Assembly (NCBI RefSeq): GCF_964204645.1
Contig: NC_134035.1
Span: forward strand, 2,480,001 to 2,544,000
Reading direction: 5' to 3'
DNA length: 64,000 bases
DNA from: Tubulanus polymorphus
Taxonomy: Eukaryota; Animalia; Nemertea
Part shown: piece by piece, positions 25,190-35,000 of the stretch
Layout of the letters: every line of letters begins with the position of its first letter
Numbering within the stretch: position 1 is the first letter of the stretch
Program-made: the position numbers and the translations under genes
Notes under the pieces: model-generated
Database searches by the model: none
Told to the model about the DNA's origin: nothing
Seen by the model: the letters and a program-made list of their open reading frames with translations, nothing else

Positions 25190-26292
25190 CGCCTCATTAA
25201 CTGAGATCAATCCATATTGTATAAGATATGCACAAAATTTGTTCATTTATTTTGACGACAGATTCTATCATATCATTCAGGTTGGAGGCGCAAGTTGCAT
25301 ATTTAAACAATGTCCTGTCGCGCTCGACTAACTGGAACCGTGACCGTGACCGGGACGTGATTAGCCTATATACATTTTGTACATGAGTCAGTTAGAGATA
25401 TATCGGCTGTCATACGAGACACACGTACAGTTTTGTGTGGGTTTAGGATATTGGATTTTTAGAACGGAAATACGCTTTTTTGGACTCTCAAATTCAAATA
25501 CCACCGTTCGTATCTGTATGCTGCACGATCAGTATATATGTGCGGAGATAAAATATATTGACTCCGGAGCTGCACGAAAATGCGTACGTAGGTTTTTTGG
25601 AACTGGAATTCGCTACTCGACTAAAACAAATTGGAATTCATCGTTCGCATCTGGATAAATAATCTGCAGCGATCAGTGTTAGAGATGATGATATCGTCGA
25701 ATGGATTCTCGATTTCGTTGAGGATTGTGACGCTAAGAAATCTGTTCGGAATAAACTTGTGTAATATCAGGATATAATAAACTGATAATCAGCGCATTGG
25801 ACAATGATCATCGGATCGACAATCAATTGTGATCGCTAATCGATAAAACCGTTTCAACTATGATAAGTGAGGCTTATGATTCCAGGTTAATTAGAATCAA
25901 TCTATTTTCAAACTTGGGGGTAAGCTGAATTCCTGTTTGTCGTACATTCAAACTCATTGTTCACATCTGGATAAACCTGCATTTCAAAAGCTGATGATAA
26001 TATATGTTCGATTTGGAGTAACTGCAAGAAATATAAACTTCTTCTAATATCAGGATACAATAAGCTGTTAATCAGTGTATCGTACAATGACGTGATCTCT
26101 AATTGATAAAACCTGAGACATTTCGTGAGGTTTATTTAATGAATTCTTTCTGACTTCAAGTTATGTCGGATTCCTGTTTGTTCTTTTTTAATTCATTCCT
26201 GTATTATGCAAAAATAAACAAATGAATAATGATTAGTGTTTTATATTGGTTGTCATTGTTTATTCATTCAACTCTCATTGTGAGAATTAATG
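25190..26292. repeat. Left arm of a long diverged inverted repeat (partner 27670-28890)
   Basis: Collinear reverse-complement matches: AACCGTGACCGTGACCGGGACGTGA (~25337) vs TCACGTCCCGGTCACGGTCACGGTT (~28720); GATTGTGACGCTAAGAAATCTGT (~25723) vs ACAGATTTCTTAGCGTCACAATC (~28469); inner ends ATTGTGAGAATT vs AATTCTCACAAT. Confidence 0.88.
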
Positions 26293-26385
26293 GTCTATGG
26301 TACTGGGTGACCAGGAGGATTCAATCGTAGGTTCGAGGAGAGAGGCTCTGTAAGACCCTGGCAGGCGACGAAGAAAAGGCTACAC

Positions 26386-27590
26386 ATTGCCCTGGCAGCT
26401 TAGGAAAAAGGCTCCTTTTTGCCCTGGCAAGCGAGTATCGGTCCGGTCCCGCAAAAAATAGGTCCGCTTCCGTAAAATGACTCCTTTATGCCCTGGCAAG
26501 CGAGTATCGGTCCGGTCACGCAAAAAATAGGTCCGCTTTCGTAAAATGACTCCTTTATGCCCTGGCAAGTGAGTATCGGTCCGGTCCCGCAAAATATAGG
26601 TCCGCATCCGTAAAATGCCTGCCTCTCCTGGGGAAGTGGCCTCTTTGGCTCCTTTTTGCCCTGGCAAGCGAGTATCGGTCCGGTCACGCAAAAAATAGGT
26701 CCGCTTCCGTAAAATGACTCCTTTTTGCCCTGGCAAGCGAGTATCGGTCCGGTCACGCAAAAAATAGGTCCGCTTCCGTAAAATGACTCCTTTATGCCCT
26801 GGCAAGTGAGTATCGGTCCGGTCCCGCAAAAAATAGGTCCGCATCCGTAAAATGCCTGCCTCTCCTGGGGAAGTGGCCTCTTTGGCTCCTTTTTGCCCTG
26901 GCAAGCGAGTATCGGTCCGGTCACGCAAAAAATAGGTCCGCTTCCGTAAAATGACTCCTTTATGCCCTGGCAAGTGAGTATCGGTCCGGTCCCGCAAAAA
27001 ATAGGTCCGCATCCGTAAAATGCCTGCCTCTCCTAGGGAAGTGGCCTCTTTGGCTCCTTTTTGCCCTGGCAAGCGAGTATCGGTCCGGTCACGCAAAAAA
27101 TAGGTCCGCTTCCGTAAAATGACTCCTTTATGCCCTGGCAAGTGAGTATCGGTCCGGTCCCGCAAAAAATAGGTCCGCATCCGTAAAATGCCTGCCTCTC
27201 CTAGGGAAGTGGCCTCTTTGGCTCCTTTTTGCCCTGGCAAGCGAGTATCGGTCCGGTCACGCAAAAAATAGGTCCGCTTCCGTAAAATGACTCCTTTATG
27301 CCCTGGCAAGTGAGTATCGGTCCGGTCCCGCAAAAAATAGGTCCGCATCCGTAAAATACCTGCCTCTCCTAGGGAAGTGGCCTCTTTGGCTCCTTTTTGC
27401 CCTGGCAAGCGAGTATCGGTCCGGTCACGCACATTATAGGTCCGCTTCCGTAAAAATGACTCCTTTGTGCCCTGGCAAGCGAGTATCGGTCCGGTCACGC
27501 ATATTATAGGTCCGCTTCCGTAAAATGCCTGCCTCTGCAGGGGGAAGTGGCCTCTTTGGCTCCTGGCAAGTGAGTATGGGTCCGGTCTCG
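26386..27590. repeat. Higher-order tandem array of 69-bp and 99-bp units (15 cores)
   Basis: Core GCCCTGGCAAG(C/T)GAGTATCGGTCCGGTC starts at 26421, 26490, 26559, 26658, 26727, 26796, 26895, 26964, 27063, 27132, 27231, 27300, 27399, 27469 and ~27562. Spacings are 69,69,99,69,69,99,69,99,69,99,69,99,70,~92. Confidence 0.97.
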
Positions 27591-27669
27591 CGTCTAGGCT
27601 GTTGTCCGTGCCCGCCCTGGAGAAGTGGTGGCCGGCTCCTGCGATAAGGGGAATGGGCCGATGTTTCGA

Positions 27670-28890
27670 TCAATTCTCACAATAAGAAATGAATAGAACA
27701 ATAAAGACAACGAAATACTAATACAAAATATTAATTACGATTGTTTATTTTCAAAATGGTCAGAAATGAATGAATTAAAGAAGAATAAACAGGAATTTCT
27801 CAGTTTCAATGTCATAAAATAAATCGATCTTTATCAACGCTAAACAATTGAACAACTAATGAAAATACACAATATCTCATTATCGATTTTAATGATTAGC
27901 GATTACACTTGATAATTATTTCAATCACTGAGTATCAGCTTATTATATCCCGATATTACACAGGTTTACATCATCAATGAGTTTGAGTACAAGTTAATAC
28001 AGGGTCCGATCTAAGGAACCACTTGCCCGGGGGCAAGCATATCTGAAATTTTACGTGCCCCTCAAAAATCTACTTACCCTACACAAACAGTCCAACTGCT
28101 GTATCGATTGGCAAAAAGCTTTGAGACATAAAATTGCACTAGCCCGGAGGACAAGTGTTAATGATAACTTACTTGCCCTTATGATAATACACTTGTCCCG
28201 GGCAATCGGACAAGTGCTTAGATCGGACCCTGTAATCCAAGTCATAATAAACATATTTCTGAATACAGGAATCAGTTTACTAACAGGAATCCAACTTTAC
28301 AACTTTTACAACCGCGGTTTTAAAATAAACGATATCTTCTCAATCTCGCACGCAATGTCACATAAGTCTTTGCTTCACTTCGTAGCGATCGCGTTTGATT
28401 ATTAATCCGATGAACACGCGCATTGTCCGATACACTATCAAATCAGTATATCCCGAAATTGCGTCCTTACAGATTTCTTAGCGTCACAATCTTCAGCGAA
28501 ATCCAGCCTTCATTCGGCGATTATTCTACGATAAGAGTTTGCACTGATCGTTGCAGTTTTAAATCCAGATATGAACGAAGTTGATAGTTTCGATTCGTAT
28601 CGTAAAAGGAATTCCATATTCCTTCGTAGCAGCTCCTGAGACGAAATATTCCAGGATCTCTACGACTAAACCGTGATACGTGTGAAGTATGACAGCCATT
28701 GTACAGAATGTATATCTGGTCACGTCCCGGTCACGGTCACGGTTAAGTTAATAGTGCGCGACGCTTGTCATTGATCTAATCATGCGACTTGTAAACTTCT
28801 GAACTGAAAAATATGAAACAATATCGGTTGAAATAAAATCAAACAATTCTGCTGCGTATTTCTAATACAATACACGGGTTTGGTTTCATG
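27670..28890. repeat. Right arm of the long inverted repeat, interrupted by a MITE
   Basis: Reverse complement of 25190-26292 with many substitutions and indels. Confidence 0.88.
28000..28232. mobile_element. MITE with 16-bp TIR and TA target-site duplication
   Basis: TA-CAGGGTCCGATCTAAG ... CTTAGATCGGACCCTG-TA; absent from the left arm. Confidence 0.88.
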
Positions 28891-30405
28891 CAGTTGCTGA
28901 AAACGATCAATTTTACAGATATACCCGTTTAAATTTCGATGCCCACATCATATCAAGTCGGTTTTGAATGTAGGTGAAAATCCCACGCGGTAAAAATCCC
29001 CATGTTCATTTTCTATCGAACATAAGTGTATAACCTAAATGAAAACAGATAATACTTTTTAACAATAATATTTAGGATCCATAGATATTTTACGATATCA
29101 TTCTGAGCTATTTCTTCATAGAAATTACCAAAACAAAACTACGGATTTTTACCTGTAACCCGGTTCTACATTTCATAATCCAGTACTCACAGCCGATTCC
29201 AGCGCATCAGTGGTGTTGGTTCAGTTAATAGCCTCGCCGTATTGAAATCAATCAGGTGGCGGTGATGAGATAGTGAGGAATGGCAGATGTTTTTCGTTCC
29301 CATACACAAGAGAAACTGGCTAATACTATTTGAAGTTAAAACTAGCAATAGAAAGAAAAGTTTTAATAAGAATTTGACATTTCGACTGAATGCTCATTCA
29401 CAGTTTTCAGTGTACAGTTTTTTTCTTTGTGTGTTTTTACCTCAACAGATTCGATTGGTCGAATCATTTCGCGGTTTTGGTAACAATCAGGTCCTCATCG
29501 TGATGAGGAGAATTCGAGGAAACATATGAACTAGAAACATAAGGAAATAATATCAAGAGTGTCCAACAACAAGTTGAGTAAGATTTGTACGTCGTTACTG
29601 CTATTGGACAGCCGCGTATGCCTATTTGTATTATAAACTCGAATTCAATCATTCGAAATACGTTTTTTTCTCCTTTTTCATGCATTCTAAATTCATTTCC
29701 TTGAATTATTGACAAAATACTTTACAGACAATTGTACTTTACAATAGCACTTTACAGACAAGCTTGCATTAACCCCGCGAAAAAGTCAATAATCTAGTTA
29801 CTGGAGACTTCATTCCAAGGCTATAAATTTCTTTGGTGTCAGATAAGGCCTATTTTTTACTCTACTAAAAACTATACTTTCTAATTACTTTTCATCAGGG
29901 CATACGTTTCCGCAGTGGTCTTTGTCACTCTACAATCCTAGTGCACCCCCCCCCCTGTCATGGGGCATCGGGCAGTAACGTTCTTGGTGAAGCCCCTTGA
30001 AGCTTTAAAAGTCTGGCACTATATCGGTGAACCCGCAATAACAACTATAATTCTTGTATCAAATCGAAAGACTCTTCATGTGATATTCGCGTAGACTGAA
30101 CGTAGTTTTACCCACTCTAAACACTCTGGTTTGAACCTACGGAAGGTGGACTCCAGTCCTCATTTGATAATCCGATCCTCACGAGACATTTTTAAGTAAA
30201 CAGAAATAAAGAAAGCAATGATTACATAACATATATATATATAAATGTCGTGGTTTATTGACTATAGATTTAAACTTGCTGATTTTTTTCAGTTGAAGTT
30301 TTTTAAATGCAAAATATTGGCAGCACATCAACAATGGGTCGAATGTTACTGCCCTTCTCATCCACAGTAACATTGTTGTCGAGCTGTAACTGTCCAGTTG
30401 AGTCG

Positions 30406-30618
30406 GGGTCCAGTTCCGCAGTTGTAAGTTCGAGTTAACTCAAGAGTTAAAATCAGAACACAGTTACGCGGTTATGAATTAAGATTTAACTCTGAGAAAA
30501 CTCATTGAAAATGAACAAGTTCTCTAAGTTCGAGTTTACAACTGTGGAACTGGGTCCAGTTCATTTTCAATGTTTCAACTCCTGAGTCAAATTTAACTCT
30601 GAACTGTGGAACTGGAAC
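30406..30618. mobile_element. Two abutting copies of a ~100-150-bp hairpin MITE (CCAGTTCCACAGTT...AACTGTGGAACTGG family); further copies at 31561-31670, 31719-31821 and 56476-56565
   Basis: Shared termini and the internal AGTTCATTTTCAATG motif in five places. Confidence 0.85.
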
Positions 30619-30637
30619 CGGATACCCAATTGACGAT

Positions 30638-30751
30638 CAGGGGCTGCAGTTGCTGAAAACATGGTTAACCAGTGGATAGTTGACACAATGCCAATTTGAA
30701 CTTCATAATTGTTACTACGGCATTTATCCACTTTCGATCAACTGACCCCGG
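30638..30751. mobile_element. MITE of the CAGGGGC..CAGTTG...CAACTG..CCCC family; relatives at ~32202-32400, 49149-49282 and 63801-63937
   Basis: Inverted termini plus shared internal GTTAACCAGTGGATAG or its reverse complement. Confidence 0.75.
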
Positions 30752-31359
30752 GCAAATAGAACATTTATAACGAAAAATTCTTGTTAAATTCTTGAGCAGT
30801 TTGCCGAGTAAGGTGTTGTCTGCTAGTTAACTACACCTTACTCAGTGGCATTAGGACTGCGAATATTTCATGTACAGTCCGGCGAATTTATGAACGCAGT
30901 AGGAAAGTGAGCATGATCTAAAATTGGAAGGATAGCGACAATGAATCCAATTTCTCCAGTCAACAGGCAGCAGATCGATGAATTCTGCGATACACTGTTG
31001 AAAATATCAGTTAATTCAAGGACTCTTTGTTTCAATGACATTTCTCTCTGAAAGGCAGCAGCAGCAGCAGTAGTGGTTGTACAGTAATGATTACATAATT
31101 CATCGATACATCAGAAAAATTAGGGATTTCCTTAGGAAACCGTAGACCTTAAACCAAGTCAGAAGACTTTCGTTTCGATTAAGTCCGACACAGTTTTGGA
31201 GGCAAAACTGAATATAGCGATGAACGAAAAACCTAATCCAGATCATTCGTTCTTAATAAACGTCGCTATCTTACGAACGCTACGCGTAATGCTGAACACT
31301 AATATTCACGTAATGTCCGGATTATATCAAATCTAGAACAACCATGAACTGATGCCACC

Positions 31360-31542
31360 TAAGGCTAACACTCACGACGCATGCAAATAGAAACACAGTT
31401 CCGAACTTTTTCCTATGTTGGTATGCACAGCATTTACGAAATGAGAAACACAGATCGGGAAACAAGGTTTGCGAGATCAAACATGTTTCAGTTCATGTTT
31501 CGTGTTTTTGTGTTTTCCTGCCTCGTGCGCGTTAGGCTTTAG
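31360..31542. mobile_element. MITE with GAAACA-rich inverted arms; relative at 62212-62455
   Basis: In the 62 kb copy GCCCAAAGCGCAAGACGCAGGGAAACATGGAAA is inverted to TTTCCATGTTTCCCTGTGTTGTGTGCGTTGGGC. TAA/TTA flanks suggest the PIF/Harbinger type (inference). Confidence 0.6.
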
Positions 31543-32053
31543 GCGGGAATAACAGTCTGCACCCAGTGTCACAGTTGTGAGTTAGATTTCACTATGAGTT
31601 AAAGTTAGTTCATTTTCAATGAGTTAACTCAGAGTTAAATCTTAACTCACAACTGTGGAACTGGATCCTGTATAGTAACAATAGATGGTTCAATGCCGAT
31701 GATACTGATTATTACTATACAGGTTCCACAGTTGTGAGTTAGATTTAATTCTGAGATAAAGTTAGTTCATTTTCAATGAGTTAACTCAGAGACAAATGTT
31801 GACTCAGAACTGTGGACCCTGTATAGTAATGATAGATGGTTCAATGCCGAAGATACTGATTATGCGAACAGTTTTCTAACGCGAGATGATTTTGAGAGCG
31901 TTTTACAACACAACATCGTATCTGCATCCGTAGTTGAGGCATAGTTATTCATCATCTCTTCCAGTCGCTCGACGATATTATGCGTCTAGTTTTTAGAGTG
32001 TATTTCGATAAGAGGCACATCGCGGTAACGAACAGTTGATGGTTTCGAAGACG

Positions 32054-35000
32054 TCACCGTTTCGCCTTGCCCGCTCGTTTCGATTGCCACGTGTCGTATT
32101 TGATGAAAGCTGCATTTAGAAGTTCGTTGAGATGACCGGTGAACTGAAAGTGGAAATTACATGTTATGTATACATGGTCTACAAAGCCGCGCGCTCGATA
32201 CCAGGGGCTGCAGGTGATCAAAAGTTGATTTAAGGTACCGGCAGATAATGATAATAATTCATTTCTTAAAAGGGCTTTACATTAACATCCATTTCAAAGC
32301 TCTTCACAACAGTAGATAAATCCTATAGTAACAATGAACTTTATGGCAACTATCCACCGATTGACTCTCATCAAATTTTGATGAACTGGCCGCTGAATAA
32401 TGGTTCCAGCTGGAGCAGATTAAGGGCGTGGTATCGGGGGATGCTGAACACTGCCTTCCCATAGAAGATGCTGGTGACCTTTGAAACAGCTGCTGATAGA
32501 TCCTAACATCTGGACGGATGAAAAGTTTAGTTACGGAAATATGTTCCACATGCGCTTCGTCCGAAGTTGGTGACTAATTCAGAAAGGCTTCCCAGATTGC
32601 TGGAATTTCCTACTTACGTTTATAGTGTAATGATATTCATCCAGTTTATCCCTAAGCGGTTGCATTTTAGCTAATTGAAATCGTTCTAGATTTGCTTTCA
32701 TTCTGACGACCTGAAAATTAATATATTTTTGATATGCATTATTGATATTTGCAGCATACTCTTGAGCTCTCGAAAAAGACTAGAAACTACATGTACTCAA
32801 TTAGTCGTAGTAGTCATATCATTACCATTCCTACTGCAAACTAGAACACCTGAAAGATGTTTGCTTGTCCCGATATGTTCCCTTATCGAGAAATTGCCCA
32901 GTACCACTCTCAACTCACCTTCTCTTCCAACGCCGGTGACGTGGTCGGAAAACAGAGCCAAAAATGTCTCAGTAACTCGCAAAGAGCCGAATAGACCTGC
33001 CGTATTTCCTGAAGCATATTTGTAGGTACCATTTCTGGAATTGAATCGAAATATCAAGATCAACTAGAAATCTGTCTATTTGAACTCAAATACTCAAATT
33101 CATATCTCAAAACTGTTCAACTGGGTCCAGGAACCTTTTTCTAAAAGTGGTGTTATCTATGTTCATCATTATAGCCCACCCTAAATCTATGAGAAAATAT
33201 TTAGTTCAGAAAGTTTTAAGCACTCTCAGGATTTGCTTCGGAAAGCAGGCACTAACAAAGACAGCCTACGCGGCAAAAAACTTCATCACACTCATAACAA
33301 AAACCCTGAAATTGTTCATGCATCTGATATGAGAATTATGCAAAAACTTACGTGCTAATTGCTGCTGCGTAGTACCGTGCATAAGAGCGCCACCTGGTGA
33401 TAATTCCCCTGATACGCTGATCGCCTGTTGACTGGACAACAACTATAAATAAAGCAACACAACCAGTTACACACAGTTACAGTACGGAGTTCTATGTACA
33501 AACTAATTGGTGTTAAAGGCAGTGTAAATGTCTCTCATCGAGACAACTTTATCTTGTTTCATCCTGTTAGGTTCCCTAAAGATCAGTCATTCCTGGATAT
33601 AAGGAGTTTTCAAGGAGAAACATTCAAATTTCAAGGAAGCATCAGCATCACTTTCAATATCAATTACAGTAGACTCATCCTACATCGGTACAGTTTATCT
33701 CGGTAAACCGGTAATTCAGTTGTTTTGTGAGCAAATATTTATCCTAAACACTACCTAAATTCAGTTTCTTATTCGGTAACCGCCTAATTGGGCAAATAAT
33801 CCTGGTACCAACTGTCTCAATTTAGGCATAGTTTACCATAAGACTAGCTACAAGCATTTTCAATCGCCTATTTCTCAAAATTGAAGCTATTTCTGTTGTT
33901 TAGAAGGAGTTTTAAGGAATCAAGGAGTTGTAGTAGGGACCCTGCCTGTACATCTCGATTCTTGAACCGTGAAAAATATACCTACACAGGCAAATGTTGC
34001 CTCCACAGAGGTTTTGGGAAATAAAGACAAAACAAAACTACATACCCGGGTAAGATCAGGACGGTAAGCTTCGATTTCTTGGGTGACGCCGTTGGAAGCT
34101 CGTATCATGTCGTCGTTGGTTGTGTAACTCGTCGCGGTGATCGGCGTCGGGCCGTGTAGATATCGTTCGAGTTTCGCTAATTTCAAACCGGACATCGTCT
34201 GCTCGTCGTTGCCCTGCAGATCGTCGTATTCGATTTTCTCTTTCAGTTTTTTCTGTTGAAAATGGAAAAACAAAAACAAAGTCGATGAGTTCAAAGTACA
34301 GGTCGATTATAAAATTCCTTGATATTTTCCCGTCTCTTAACCCTGAGCCATTTCTCGAAATTGAAGGAGTTATTTAGACATTTTGCTCAAATTAAGGAGT
34401 TTTCAAACACCTTTAAAAGCATTTTCCATTTAAAATGTTTTTTGACCCGAGATGCATAGGGACCATGTATATGGTAAGGCTTTTCAATTGATTATTCTTC
34501 CCTCACCTTTTTACACGGCGGTTCTTTATTCGATTCCTTATTCGCTGCGTTCATTTCGCCGTTGTTTTTCACCGACGAATCGCCTCCGACCGACGTAGAT
34601 TCACCCGCCGATTCCAACGACTTCAATACCATCGTCGAGTGGTGATTGAATCGACGAATCAGCGACAGATTCGCCGGCGTTATCTTGTGACGAGCTTCTT
34701 CTTTCAACACGCCGTATCCCTGTGAAGAGAACAAGCGATTACATTACTGTATTTGGTTTTACTATTTGTTGACTTTTAATTCATACATACAGCCAGGGTC
34801 GCTACTGATCGGTCATTCTTGGATATAAGGATTTTCAAGGAGTTTTAAAGGAGAAAATAAAGTCAGGGAAGCGTCTGCTTCACTTTCGATGTCAATTACA
34901 GTAGACTCATCCTTCATCTTGGTAAAACCATTAATTTGGTGGTTTTGTAAGCATATTCTTATCCTATACACTTCCTAAACTCTAATTTCTAATTTAGCAA

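Noticed and set aside
26386-27590. CRISPR-like array
   Set aside because: The sequence between cores is itself repeated (only two unit types), there are no unique spacers or cas genes, and the context is eukaryotic.
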